Source: Azolla caroliniana (lineage: Eukaryota > Plantae > Polypodiophyta). From it: a stretch of 64,000 nucleotides of DNA. The notes beneath the pieces were generated by a model. It was given only the letters and a program-made list of their open reading frames with translations. It was not told where the DNA came from and did no database searches. The translations under genes and the position numbers were made by a program. The stretch's first letter is position 1. Every line of letters begins with the position of its first letter. This document shows, in pieces, positions 14,501-27,914 of the stretch. The stretch is from positions 1-64,000 of the forward strand of contig JBHGNT010000086.1 in the NCBI GenBank assembly GCA_043228905.1. The letters are read 5' to 3'.

Positions 14501-15539
14501 TATAAGACCATATGAATTGGATTCATGCACATAATAAAGATGAAATCAATGAGACTTTATGTAGGTCTTTTCATAGTATGAAAGGGAAAATACATTGATG
14601 TTAAGACCATTTTCAAGACGATTATCCAAAATAACACATATATTACAAACCTAGAATGAGTAGATCTTCCAAGTTGGACATTATTGGGCACTTTAGTATG
14701 GCTTTGAAAGTGATTGGTTACTATTTAGGCATAAAAATTTCAAGTATAAATGCTTTTGAAATGATGATGGATATGATTCTATCATGCACTTTGCATAAAA
14801 AAACTCATCATGAACATGTAACTAAACCATAAAAAAACCTACACTGAACTCATACGCAATATCATGGTATTCTTAAATTCTGTGTAAAACTCTTTTCTTG
14901 TGACCTTTGTACACTATCAGTTTATTGCATCAATGAGATTGGTTATTGTTTCAAGTATAAATTTCTCTTTCAACAAGGATCTGTGTGATTCTATCATGAC
15001 GTTTATTGAAAAACTTCCACGGAAGTTATTAAGTTGAGATGATACGGCCATTTACATTTGAATTTATATACATAACCAAAGATTGAAATAAATGAAACTA
15101 CATTGATGCTCATTAATACTTAAAATGATAACAAAGTTGATGTAAAGGCCATCTTCAACAATTGATGGACATATTTGATAAAGGCCATCTTCAAAGTAAC
15201 TGTGTATGATGGTCACCTATAGTATGACCAATACTTGTTTCAACTCCATAGCTACAAATCAACCTCGTACAAGTAGAACTTCCAAGTTGGACATGTAAGG
15301 TTCTTTTAGTATGCCTTAGAAAGAGACATGTTACTATTAAGCTATTGTTTGAAGTATAAATGCATTTGAGACAAGGATGCATATGATTCTATCATGCCCT
15401 TAAAGGGGAAAAAACATCATGAAAGCTAAACTTTATTGTAGAACTATCTACATTAAATTCATGCACATAATAAGTCATTAAATGCTAAAACACAATAGGA
15501 AAGCATTGCCTGCGCACATCATATACAAATGAGTCTTTA

Positions 15540-16100
15540 AAAATTTTGTTAACTTCACAATGATCACATCTCGATTCCTGCGCCTAGCTTGACCAAATTA
15601 TAATGATGTAACAATAAACCCTTCTGCTTTGCATTATAATCATCTTAATTATAAGTTTTTCGTATCTTTTGCTTTACACCATGCACAATCATTTTGCACA
15701 ACAGACGGGTTAGCTTTGTGGAATAAATGATTCTTAATTCCTGAAGTGAAAACACATTTCATATTTAGTATATCTTCAAAACCTCACCTAGATAACCCCC
15801 AATGTTAATGGAATTCCCAAATCTCCCTCATATTTTCACAAAATACCTTAGAGCTTTTGAAAATTTCTTTTCTTTTCCCCAAAGAAGTATGGTATATATT
15901 ATTAAACAACATGACAAGACAAACACCCTTTCTATCCCTACTATAGTGATGAGCAACTTATGGTATAGTAAACCTTCTAAGGTGTTGTAAGGCTATTTGA
16001 CATAAAGGCAACTCCTTTTGAGGATAAGGTGCTCGCAAAGTTCGATCGTGAAAATTCCAAATTCAAATTTTCTATCAATCTACATACATGTGGTACTCCA
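15540..16100 (-). mobile_element. Highly decayed copia-like integrase relic
   Basis: Minus-strand fragments resembling RDV-F-E (about 15560) and PQ-GVA (about 16010); no ORF. Confidence 0.3.
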
Positions 16101-19100
16101 TGTAGACCATCATACAAGAATCCATTTATCATACTCCAATTGTATAATAGACACCAATATCTAAGGTGGTCAAGCATAACCTTATATGACATTTACTTTG
16201 TAAAATTCTTGATCCCCCCAATGCAAATCCACTAAAATCCTTCTAGTTAATGATGCATAACCTTGTGACATAGACTTCAACAATAGGGCATGGAAATAAT
16301 CTTTCCCACAATCACTTGAAAGGAAAAATATACCTTATTTGAAATCTATCGGTGTTGTAAATGTGTTGTAAATTTGAAACTTCAAAAATATGTTTGATAC
16401 ATGATTTGTCCCACACTACTCAAAACTAAGGACGCAACCATCCTTGGTTGTTTTCCCACTATGATGAACATAATTGGTTTGTTGGGAACATAACAAAGTT
16501 TTCGGGTTCAGGATGCTCATGCAAGACATCCAATTGTCACTTGACAACATCCAAAGGTTTTGTCACACTCTAGTCACAACCCTCTCAATCCCAATCAACC
16601 CTAAGCCTTGATACTTCCTCTCCTTGTCACCAATATTCCCTTTTTATCTCATCCGAATCCGCGATACATTGATCAAGTTTTCCACATTCTCCACTCTATT
16701 CCCACCTTTGGTAGCACTTGTATCTTGCCCGACCCTCTTTACCTCTTCACACTCCCTTGATTTGGTACAATGTGTCTCGGCCGAACATTGTATGACACAA
16801 TGCACCTAGGAATGTACACTCATTAGGCTAAATGGAATTTCTCTAGATGGGTGTATCTTTTGTGTATCTATACTAGCGCACTTCCCTCAATCGTAATGAA
16901 ATCTTAGCTATGAGAAGAATCTAATGTTGAAGTAGTGATATCTACATGGAACTTGTGAAATGTCTTGGACTTTATAGATATCTTGTGCTACGTAAAGGTG
17001 GTTCATTGGCAAGTACTTCTTGTTGAAATAGGTCAAGTACCAAGTTCAACATTGTTTAGTATTTGCCATATGGGACACAAGTCAAGAAGATATTGACACC
17101 AACAACGTACACAAAGCTCAAGAAGACACTAGGAAAAGGGGGAGAGAGCAAATCTTACTAGAAAGGTTGTCACAAAATGGCCACCCCGGTGTGAAAGGTG
17201 CCCAACCTCATCGCAACAAGTTATAAAAGTCACTCTTTGGTGACTTTTAGAGCTTCTTCTTACTTCTTAGGTTTCTCCTTTCACTTATTGTAATAGAGCT
17301 CTCACACTCTCCCCTTAGTATTTTATTAGAGCTTAAATGCCAAAATTTCTTCTACAACTTTTTGGTGAACTTTTATGTTGGCAAGCTCTTGTACCTTTCC
17401 TATTTCTTCTTTGGTATTTGGGTAGGATACCAAGTAAGGTGGTAAAGATCTCAAACTTTCTTCGAGAACCTCTCTTGAAGGAATCATCCATTCCATTATC
17501 TTCTCTAAGATGAACTTGATCTTTCTTGTATGTGTATATGTATGTGTATGTGTTTGTTTTTGTTTCCATGCTATTTTTGTACACTATCCTTGTGAAGAAA
17601 ACCACATCCACCATCATGTGCTCTAGAGCCACTTTAGGAGGTGGATCTTTTAAGGATTCCATCATTTGATTGATTGATTTGTTTTGTTCTTGTTGACATT
17701 ATAATATTGTTGCTTGTCTAGACAATCACTTAGTTGTGTGGTCCTTGCCAATGTTGAGGATCATAGATAAATTGATTGTCTACACTAGATAGTTGTGTGG
17801 AAACAAGATAATATGAGCTAATGCAAGCACAATGGACCATGAATAGATAGAAAGTGGAGTATGAGAATATGATAGAGAGTGAAAACATACCGTATACACA
17901 TAGAAAAATCACATTCAAACTTTACATTTATATGATTCTTAGGGTTAGCTTAAAACCCTTTTGGCTATCTACATAAATAGCCAATACAAAGCTCTTAACA
18001 TGTACGTGGCCATTACCACACATACTACAATTTAGTAGTCACTACCAAGATTCTATATGCTATTGTGTGATGTACTATTTTTCCATACCTAGAACCTCAT
18101 AGAATTCTCACCAATTTCTCCCGCATACTCTATTCAACTATGCAAACCTTGCACCCATTTGCGGTGCTAGGATAGCCAAAGGTGTTTGCGAGGGCACACT
18201 AGCTAGATCCACATTAGGGGTTTGGCCACATCTACCATCATGCATTTGCTATTATTACTCTTATTTTAGTGAGCTATGTATCCACAAAACCACCTGCAAT
18301 ATGGAGAATGTGTTTAGTGCAACTGTGAGAATTTGCGGTTGGTATGGTGGGTATCATATGTTTTCTTTAATATCATTGGCTATAGGTCTTTCCGATTGTT
18401 TGTTTTGAAACCTTGGTAGTGGGGCTAGGGCTATGTAAATCCAAGTTTGGTTGCTGCTATAGTGGGTATGCGTATACCCATAAGGTTGTCTCCCATCCTC
18501 ATGGGCACCAATTAGCTCATGGATGAGTAAAGGTTTTAATAACTTTTTCTTTATTAACACAAAGTCACACAAGTTTCCTTGAGCAATGTTCTAAACCACC
18601 TCCTTGCTCGTTTAATATTAGAGGAGAGGGATTCAACCCAAAAATGTTCTATGGTGACATGCATATCCATTGCCTTGGCATGTGGGCATGCATGTATCAT
18701 TTTCCTAATTTGGGTCGCTTGGTCTTGTTCAGTTTCGATTGTAGTTGATGTCTTTTTGCCACGCATGAATGCAATATTGCTTAACACAAAGTTGCAATGT
18801 AAAGGATAGTGAGAACATTACACATGATGTGCATGTCTTTGTTTGTTAGAACACTTGATCAACGTAAGTTTCATGTGTCTCTACTTCTTTGAGTGTTCAT
18901 ATCTAACTCTACTAGTCTATTGCAACTACCAAGGTGGGAATCCTTACTGTTTGTGGGTGAGCTACAAATTGGGCTTTTCCTTTCACTAATTCATGTTCAT
19001 ATATCTTTCTCAAGGATTCTTTTATGTCTTCTATTCACGCAATCATCAAGAACATTTCTATGTTGCTCTTAAATGTCCATACTTCTTGATATCAAATATG

Positions 19101-19960
19101 TTCCTTTATAGAGGCTACTTCTTCAATGTTGGGTATCTTGTTGCAAAAAGTAAATGTTGCATTGTAGCTCATCTCTCTCTTTCCTTAACATAACTACCCT
19201 AACTAGAATTGTTTTGGACAGGCAAGATGAATAATAGGTAGTCTCATAGAGGGCATATCATCGTGCAACTTGGTTGAGTACTTGTTCTCCCATTTGTCGA
19301 CTTGGACCTAACACTTAATGGGAGTGTTTTGTATTTCAATCACGGACTAGTTTTTTGACTATGTCATATCATCATACTGGCCGATGAGCTTGAATTACCT
19401 TTCCTTTCTCCCCCTCAAGATTGGTGGATCAAGAGGACAAGTTCAGTTTTATTGGAAAATTGTCCATGTTTGTTTACTCCAACCACTTTGGTAAAAATAT
19501 TTTCCATTCGTTGAAAAGTTCAATGATACACATTGTTGGCTATGATTTTGTCTTGGATGGTCCGGTGATGTAGTGGTATATGTGGGTTTCGATTGGAGTT
19601 GTTATAGATGGTGCTGTGATGTGGTGTGTGAAGGAAAGAAAATAAGAAAAAGTCATGCTTCATAAAGCTTGGGAATTTGAATAATGTGGACACTGGATGG
19701 AAAATATAAGTGATTAACCTAGAGTTAGTGATCAAGTATTTAGAATAGTCGATGAACGGAACGAAAATATATCCAAATAATCTTCCACAAACAAACTTTC
19801 TAGGATGAATTTGAACCAATGAAGACAACCTAGAGTGCTTCATCTTAGAAAAAAACTCAACAATCTTTAAATTTTCAATATCAATATTAAAGTTGTCATT
19901 GAGAATTATCCGAGAATTACCAATATATATGTAAGCCTCTATTGTCTATGAGGAGGTAAG

Positions 19961-20236
19961 TGACGGGAACTCCTAGCTCCTTATGCGCAACGCTCGGCCA
20001 CAACCGAGCTTCTTTTCATACACAAAAAACGGGAAATAAAACACGACACAGAGAAGAGAAATGGTACACAGGAGGTTTACGTGGAAAACCCCAAACTAGG
20101 AGAAAAAACCACGGCAGCCCACGGGCTGCAAACTGTCACTATGTATGAATGTACAAAATAGTGAGTACACTAAGGCAACGACCTCGAACTCACGATCTTC
20201 GCCACAGGCGGCGGTTACAACAGAGGCAACGACCTC

Positions 20237-20276
<40 letters not shown>

Positions 20277-20595
20277 GTACAGTTACGCTCTCTCTCTTCT
20301 TCTTGCACCAACAAGGAAGAATGACAACAACTACAACAACTATTTAAAAGTTTGCCCTAAGTCATATTTATACTAATATGACTTTTCGGCTATTTACAAA
20401 TGTAGCCACAATGGGCTCTCAGAAACATATTTACGAATATGTCTCTTCCTCCGGTTCATACCGGTTCTGCACCACCCGGCTCTCCGTAGCCGGGTACTCC
20501 TCATCCGGTTCACACTCGGCCTATCGGCCTCGGCCGAGTTTGTTCGTCGGCACTGTTCTTCTCCCTTCCCATCCGGAGGGACTTGTCTCCCAACA
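19961..20595 (-). repeat. 3' LTR of copia-1 (635 bp)
   Basis: Matches 25627-26409; adjacent to the PPT (+ strand aactcccccttc, 20596-20607). Confidence 0.95.
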
Positions 20596-21313
20596 AACTC
20601 CCCCTTCACTCCGGCATGGGGTGTCTTACCAGTCCGATTCTCTTCCGGCATGCATCCAGCTTGTCGGGTGTCAGCACTTTGGTCAGCATTCTGACCCGTT
20701 CTCGGCCGTGTGGATCTTCTTCAGTGCGAACTCCTGGTCATCTACTCTTTCCTGGATCCAGTGATACCTCCGCTGGATATGCTTCGTCCGGGAATGGTAG
20801 GCCGCATTTTTAGCAAGGTGGATGGCACTTTGACTGTCGCAATAGAGTCGGTATTCCTCTTGCCGTATACCGAGCTCTCCGATGAAGTCCTTCATCCATA
20901 AAATTTCCTTGCCGGCTTCCACAGCCGCCATGTACTCCGCCTCCGTGGTTGACAATGCAATCGTCTTCTGCAGCCTCGACTGCCACGAAACAACTCCCCC
21001 TGCATATGTCATTACATACCCGGATGTAGACCGGCTGGTATCCACATCAGCCGACATGTCCGAATCGGTGAAACCGTCTAGTTGAGGTTTTCCAGAGCCG
21101 AATCGGAGACACATATTTGAAGTGCCCTTCAAATACCGGAGTATCCATTTGACTGCGTTCCAGTGCTCCTTGCCGGTGTCGGGGTAGTTGTGGTTCGTGC
21201 GGCGAAGTCACGGGGACTAAGGTTAAGGGGAGTTGAAGGAACTTAACTTTGAATAAGGCTTGTATGGTGATGATAGAATGGTTAAGGATAGTAAGATGAA
21301 GAGTTACAAGTAA

Positions 21314-21353
<40 letters not shown>

Positions 21354-21544
21354 GAGCATAGATAAAAGATAGAGACAATGTATGATTCAAGAAAGAAGAT
21401 TGAGACAAAGTATGATTCTAGAAAGAAGATTGAGACAAAGTATGATTCAAAGAACCAGAGTATATGATATAAACATGATGTATATTAAAAATATAATATT
21501 TTACCAACTTTACAATCCTTGATCGCAAGATGAATCTTTTCAAT

Positions 21545-21612
21545 ACCGACCCTTGATTTGAACCCTCGACCCCAACTTCGAAACGAGAGGTTCTCCACCC
21601 AATGAGCTAGTC
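21545..21612 (-). other. Degenerate tRNA-like element in the solo LTR (sense to the LTR, downstream of TATA)
   Basis: Minus strand TAGCTCATTGG (A box) ... GGTC GAGGG TTCAAATC (B box) at tRNA-like spacing; stems mostly broken. Confidence 0.5.
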
Positions 21613-21855
21613 TTCTTTACTTGATTATATTATTTTCCCTCTCTCCCTTGATTGATTCCCTTTTGTTTTCCTATCCCCTCTTTTTATAAGTATTTCCATG
21701 CATATGGTAATGGCATGCATGTAATGCACGAGTTACATCTGATGCATGATCGCCATTTGGCGCACATGCATTGCATGTGATGCATGATAGCCATCATGCT
21801 CATTTGAGCTCCCATGTATTGTGATAAGTATAATGATGGATATAATCTTAAAACA

Positions 21856-21926
21856 AATAATCTAGCTTAGTGGTGTATGCTTTGTGCTTGATATACAAGG
21901 TTGAGGGTTCAAGTCCCTCAATTTTA
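21856..21926 (+). other. tRNA-like cassette in solo-LTR U3 (antisense to the LTR)
   Basis: TAGCTTAGTGG (A box, 21863); anticodon-type arm TTGTG-CTTGATA-TACAA pairs; perfect T arm GAGGG-TTCAAGT-CCCTC; acceptor stem does not pair. Confidence 0.7.
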
Positions 21927-21992
21927 CTTAATACAATATTTAAGTTTATTCTTATATAGTGAAGCACATTCTTGACAACATTTCTAAAAACA

Positions 21993-22062
21993 AATAGCCT
22001 ACCCTAGTGGTATATACATTATGCTTGGTTTATAAGGTTGTGGGTTCAAGTGTTTGAAATAT
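21993..22062 (+). other. Second tandem copy of the tRNA-like cassette (period about 137 bp)
   Basis: TACCCTAGTGG ... TTATG-CTTGGTT-TATAA GGTT GTGGG TTCAAGT; flanks align with the 21856 copy. Confidence 0.6.
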
Positions 22063-25000
22063 TACTGAATTCAATATTTAAATTTATTTTTATATCGTGA
22101 AGCAAATCCTTCACGACACCAGGATTACTCATGAACCGGCTCACCACTCCGACTGCGTGTCCAATATCCGGTCGGGTACAAACCATTGCGTACATCAAGC
22201 TCCCGACGGCAGAGGCATATGGAATCTTCATCATATCTGCCTTCTCTCCTTTCGTCTTCGGGCTTTGCTTGCTGGATAGCTTGCAGTTTGCCGGAAGTGT
22301 CGATCCGACCGGTTTCGCATCTGTCATGTTGAACCTGTGAAGCACCTTTGTCACGTACTTCTCCTGTGACAACCATAATTGCTTCACTGACCGGTCCCGA
22401 ATGATGTGCATCCCCAGCATCTGTCTTGCCGGACCCAAGTCTTTCATTGAGAAGGTCCGGTTGAGAGCCTTCTTCAGCATCCGTATTTTGACTTGGTCCC
22501 GTCCGATGATCAACATGTCATCCACGTACAGGAGGAGTATCAGGAAGTCCCCTCCTTCGAACTTCTTCACAAACACGCAATGATCGGCCTGCGTCTTGTG
22601 GTACCCTTGATCGGTCATGAAGGAGTCGAACTTCCGATACCATTGCCGGGGAGCCTGCTTCAGTCCGTATAGGCTCTTCTTCAACCGGCATACCAGGTGC
22701 TCCTTCCCTTTCTCCACAAATCCTTCCGGTTGCTGCATGTAGATCTCCTCTTCGAGGTCGCCGTGAAGGAATGCCGTCTTCACGCCCAACTGCTCTACCT
22801 TGAGGTCCATGCTTGCTGCTATACTCAGCACCGTCCGGATGGAGGTCATCTTTACTACCAGGGCGAATATCTCGTCGAAGTCCACACCCTTCTTCTGCTG
22901 GAACCCCTTCACCACGATCCTGGCTTTGTATCTCGGGGGGTTGCCGACATCTCCCGGTTTCAACGTGAACACCCACTTGTTTCGGAGTGCCCGCTTTCCT
23001 TTCGGCAACTCCACCAATTCGTACGTATGGTTCTCATGCAGGGAATCCATCTCATCCTGCATGGCACTTAACCATTTTCGGCTGTGGGTGCCTTCCTTCG
23101 CTTCCTCGAAGCTTTCCGGCTCCCCCTCATCGGTCAGTAGAACATGCTCTGCATCCGGAAATCTCCGGGGCGCCCTTCTCTCTCTGAGAGGATATCTACG
23201 TCTTCGGGCTTCGGTAACCGGCTCCTCCATTTGCTCTTCATCCGAATCCAATTCGGGGTCTTGACCGGTTCCGGTCTCAACTTCCTCTACTTCTTCTTCT
23301 GCCGGTTCGGTATCCTCACCGTAACCGGCTGGTTCCTCGAGTGCTAACCGGTCTCTTGCCGGTTGGGTCTGCTCATCGTAGAGTCTATCCTTACCGGTCG
23401 ACTCGAAGTTCATTATCTTCTTCTCCGACTCCCAGTCGGCGAGCGTCTTGTCCTCCATGAAGATAATATCTCGACTCCGGAATACCTTCTTGTCGACCGG
23501 GTCCCACACTCGGTAGCCGAACTCATCGTCACCGTAACCGAGGAATATGCATGGCCGGGTCTTTGGATCTAACTTTCCTCTCCGGTCCTTTGCTACATGC
23601 ATGTACGCGAGACACCCGAACACCCTCAGATTCCGGTAAGACACTTCCTTACCGGTCCATACTCTCTACGGCGTGTCTCCGTCCAAGGGTACTGAGGGTG
23701 ATTTGTTTATCACATATGTCGCCGTCGACAGTGCCTCAGCCCAAAACTTCTTGGGTAGTTTTGCATGCGCTAGCATACTCCGGACCCTCTCCATTATGGT
23801 CCGGTTCATCCTCTCGGCCAGTCCGTTTAGTTCCGGCGTCTTCGGCACAGTAAATTCGAGCCGGATTCCCTTCGAGCGGCAGTACTCCTCGAACTGCCCT
23901 CGGTATTCTCCTCCGTTGTCTGCTCGAACCGCCTTCAGCTTCTGGCCGGTTTCTCTTTCCACTCTCGCGTGGAGCTCTTTGAAGACGGATAACACCTGAT
24001 CCTTCGTCTTCAGCGGTGTGGCCCACAGCTTCCGGCTGTGGTCATCTATGAACGTCACGAAGTACTGCGCTCCGGCATGTGACTTCGTGTCTACTTGACA
24101 CACATCCGTATGCACCAACTCCAGTGGTGCATTGCGTCTCATCGGTGGCCTTGGTCGGAAGGAGGTCCGGTTCTGCTTACCGGCCAGACAATCAGTGCAC
24201 TTCTCTAAGTGCACGTTCTTCACTGGAATGAGGTTGTCTTCTGCAAGCCTCTTCATCCCCTTCTCGCTCATATGACACAACCTCTTGTGCCACAGCTCAC
24301 CGGCAGTGTCGGATGCCACGTTCACTTCTTCCGGACATAATCGGGCATTCATCAGGTACAACGTGTTTACCTTCCAGGCCCGAGCCACAATCAGGCTCCC
24401 TTTGCTGAACTTCATGACACCGTTCTGGATGCTACCCGTGTAGCCTTCATCATCTAGCCGACCGACTGATATCAGGTTCAGACGAACTTCCGGAACGTGT
24501 CAGACATCCTTCAGCAGCAACTTGCATCCGGTTGGTGTTGTCAGCCACACGTCTCCCATGCCGACAATTCGGCATGTTCCTTCATTCCCCATCTAGACAC
24601 AGCCGTGATCACCGGCTGAATAGGATGAGAAGCATTTCCAGTCCGGGGTAAGGTGGAACGATGTTCCGGAGTCTACCACCCAGGTCATCTCGTCGCCGGC
24701 AAGGTATATTTCACTCTCCTCGGTGATGAGCATCAACTCTTCTTCACTTGCCGCGATAGCTGTCGTTCCCTTCCGGTCCGGCCCCCTCCGGTCTTTACCG
24801 TTCCGGTCCGGGGTTTGCTTTGAATCGGTACCGTCGGTTTCTTGTCTTTACGGAAATGCCGACAGTTCTTTTGGAAGTGTCCCGGCTTGCCGCAATAGAA
24901 GCAAGTAGGCCTCCCCCTTGACTTTGACCGTGTCCCCGACTTCTCCTGGTTCTGGGGACTACGGTTTCTATGTCTTCCGCGTTCCGATTCGGTAAGGAGC

Positions 25001-25612
25001 GCTTTGGAGTCGGAGCTCGTGTCTTTGTCTTTCCGACGCGCCTCCTCATCTAGCAAGCTCAACTTTACTCTTGCTAGGGATAACCGTTTTCCTTCCGGCC
25101 CAGCGTTGCCCAAAGTGACAACCAACGTCTCCCAGCTATCCGGGAGGGAACCGAGTAGGAGTAGCGCTAGTACCTCGTCGGCAAGAGGTACTTCCAATGA
25201 CGTTGCCTGGTGGATCAGCCCCTGGAAGGCATTCATGTGCTCCGCCATGCTGGAGCCATCTTGGTACCAGAGTCTTACCAACTTCCGGAATACCGAAACC
25301 TGATTGACAACATTTTTGTTCTGGAACATTATGCCGATCTTCTCCCAGAGCTCATGAGCCTTGCTCTCTTCATTGAAGTTGTTGTACAGGCTCATGTCGA
25401 TGAAGCACCGTATGTACGCCGTTGTCTTCATGTGCATCACCTCCCATATCGCGGCGTCGATTTTGTCCGGTCTCTTGTCCCCGAACTGAACCGGCAGCCA
25501 GAGGTCTTTAACAACGAGCATGTCCCTCATCTTCGACTTCCACACTGAATAGTTGGAGCCGGTGAGCTTGAACATGCCACCAAACGATTCGTCCATTTTC
25601 TGTGTCGATTTT

Positions 25613-25624
25613 GCTCTGATACCA
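25613..25624 (-). promoter_or_regulatory. Primer-binding site of copia-1 (tRNA-iMet)
   Basis: Minus strand TGGTATCAGAGC, 2 nt from the 5' LTR. Confidence 0.95.
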
Positions 25625-25626
25625 CT

Positions 25627-26409
25627 TGACGGGAACTCCTAGCTCCTTATGCGCAACGCTCGGCCACAACCGAGCTTCTTTTCATACACAAAAAACGGGA
25701 AATAAAACACGACACAGAGAAGAGAAATGGTGCACAGGAGGTTTACGTGGAAAACCCCAAACTAGGAGAAAAAACCACGGTAGCCCACGGGCTGCAAACT
25801 GTCACTATGTATGAATGTACAAAACAGTGAGTACACTGAGGCAACGACCTCGAACTCACGATCTTCGCCACAGGCGGCGGTTACAACAGAGGCAACGACC
25901 TCGTCTCTCTCTCTCTCTCTCTCTCTGTGTACAGTTACGCGCTCTCTCTTCTTCTTGCACCAACAAGGAAGAATGACAACAACTACAACAACTATTTAAA
26001 AGTTTGCCCTAAGTCATATTTATACTAATATGACTTTTCGGCTATTTACAAATGTAGCCACAATGGGCTCTCAGAAACATATTTACGAATATGTCTCTTC
26101 CTTCGGTTCATACCGGTTCTGCACCACCCGGCTCTCCGTAGCCGAGTACTCCTCATCCGGTTCACACCAGGCCTGCACCATCCGGCTCTCCGTAGCTGGG
26201 TACTACTCATCCGGTTCACGCCGGGCCTGTATCATCCGGCTCTCCGTAGCCGGGTACTACTCATCCGGTTCACACCGGGCCTGTATCATCCGGCTCTCCG
26301 TAGCCGGGTACTCCTCATCCGTTTCGGCCTTGGCCTATCGGCCTCGGCCGAGTTTGTTCGTCGGCATTGTTCTTCTCCCTTCCCATTCAGAGGGACCTGT
26401 CTCCCAACA
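25627..26409 (-). repeat. 5' LTR of copia-1 (783 bp) with an expanded 54-bp U3 repeat
   Basis: Same as the 3' LTR except three extra 54-bp units, a 14-nt shorter (TC)n and a few substitutions. Confidence 0.95.
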
Positions 26410-27914
26410 GTAAGTAGGGTTACTGCTTGAATGTTCTTGAATACTAGAAATTTTGTCATTAACTTGCTCAATATAGAAGTCTAAGTATATAGTTCCACTT
26501 ACTTGAAGAGGTTTCAATCCTGGGCTCAATGTTGTACCAATGTGTCAAATTAACTATTAAGTTGCAATTGAGGTCAATTACAACAAGTCGTCCATTGTGA
26601 AGGGCATTTTCCGAACTAGAAATTTTTTAACGATAGACCAACTTGTGAAAATTTCATTAAGAAATCTATATGTTGGCAAGGTTGTTTTAAACATATGGAA
26701 ATTCTAAATAAAGGCCCACCTTAATGAGGGTGCCACAGTACACCTATGGTTGGATACATAGTAGATAACTATGCATCATTCTTGCTGGATGCAAACGTGG
26801 GAGAATGAAGACCAAAAGATAGCTCCAATGTTGGGGCACCAAATGTCACTTTTACATGAAACCTCTTCTCCATTTATATAAGTTGAAAACCCTAAAGTGC
26901 CATGTTTACATTACAAGGCCATTGAGCATTAGCCATTGCTACCTAATAAAGGATAATTCTCCATAAATTACGATATGACCATGTTTCTTGCGTAAATTTG
27001 GTGTATAACCAATATTCTAGAGTGGAAATATTAAGCCTTAAACTTAAAGAATATAACATTATTTCCCAAGTTGGTACAAATTCATGTAAGTGACATCATT
27101 TGCCCAATAAAAACCCTAGGGAAGTAAACATTGATTATATCACTCACAAGGGTTTTGAACCCACTCACAAGTTGGAGGCCTTTGAAGAGCGTTGGCTAGA
27201 ATAAAAGGCCTTTAGACCCTCATTCACGATCCTAAAATTGATGCATTGTTACAGGCATGACCATAAATTATCCTGTGGTAAGGTTGTACCGTGATATTCT
27301 ATACATGTGGATAAAGCGTGAGGTTAAACGTGAGTGTAGCGAAGGGAGAATTACTTTTAATCCAAGGAATTGAGACAACCCATAAAGGCCAAGTGTGATC
27401 TTGTCTGGGGGCCTTAGGTTTGGCTATAAATATGAGGCCTAACTACCCTCATTTAAGACATAATCGACTATGTCAAGACTCTAATGTTATCGTGATCAAC
27501 TCTTGTAGCGAGTGTGCTAGCACCGGGTACGAGTCGATGCCACAACGGTGGTATGGGACGCCGATTGAGGCTCGAATCCGTCTTGATCCCTTTGCTCGGG
27601 GGTGGTCGGGTGGATCGCCACCCTTCTTTCTCTCTCCTCTCTCCTTATCATATGCTTACATTAGGATTAAGCTCTAACAATTGTTATTAGTTAATAGAGC
27701 GTTTTCCTAATGGTTCTTTTGTTGGATGGTGATCGATCGATGTTCGTTCGAGTTGGATTCAGATACGCATCAACAAAGGAACTTCAATATTTTCTTTTAT
27801 TATTATTTTTCTATTCTTTCTTCTCTCATTCTAATCATGTTTATGTCATTATTTAATCATTTCTATGATTCAATTATGTTGTAGTGGTAATCCTTTGGTT
27901 GTATAAAGCGTAAA

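Larger units (their letters stand above)
21177..22118 (-). mobile_element. Solo LTR (942 bp) of the tRNA-Trp-primed gypsy group, inserted in copia-1 pol
   Basis: Minus strand starts TGTCGTGAAG like the LTRs at 33448 and 34215 and ends CCCCGACA. 4-bp TSD CCGG (21173-21176) / CCAG (22119-22122); removing it restores AAT CCC GGC AAG (NPGK). Shares an ATGCA-rich block and TATAAAA(A)GAGGG with LTR B. Confidence 0.88.
20606..25596 (-). pseudogene. Copia-1 gag-pol, frameshifted and interrupted by a solo LTR
   Basis: Zinc knuckle CFYCGKPGHFQKNC, GAG-pre-integrase LWHKRLCH, integrase DNGGEY/NGLAER, RT LLYVDDML, RNase H TDSD...TEAEY. Frameshifts near 24840, 23660 and 20690; insertion at 21177-22118 splits MSNPG|KEHW. 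Confidence 0.93.
19961..26409 (-). mobile_element. Copia-1: full-length Ty1/copia LTR retrotransposon (Tnt1/Tto1/Tork-like)
   Basis: Two near-identical TG...CA LTRs; 5-bp TSD GTAAG (19956-19960 and 26410-26414); tRNA-iMet PBS; PPT; domain order gag-PR-INT-RT-RNaseH. Confidence 0.97.
18500..26900 (-). mobile_element. Highly decayed Ty3/gypsy pol relic on both sides of copia-1, the probable insertion target
   Basis: Minus-strand fragment KMPF near 26600 and DKISSIQ near 26450 resemble RT; weak integrase-like fragments at 18500-19900. Confidence 0.3.

Noticed and set aside
21856-21926. Functional tRNA-Ser(UGA) gene
   Set aside because: The acceptor stem does not pair, there is no long variable arm, and it lies in an LTR; kept only as tRNA-like.
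21177-22118. Intron in copia pol
   Set aside because: It has TG...CA ends, a 4-bp TSD and homology to LTR B.
27247-27775. Solo LTR (TATAAAT at about 27426, ends CATCAACA)
   Set aside because: Plausible, but no left boundary, TSD or partner could be fixed.
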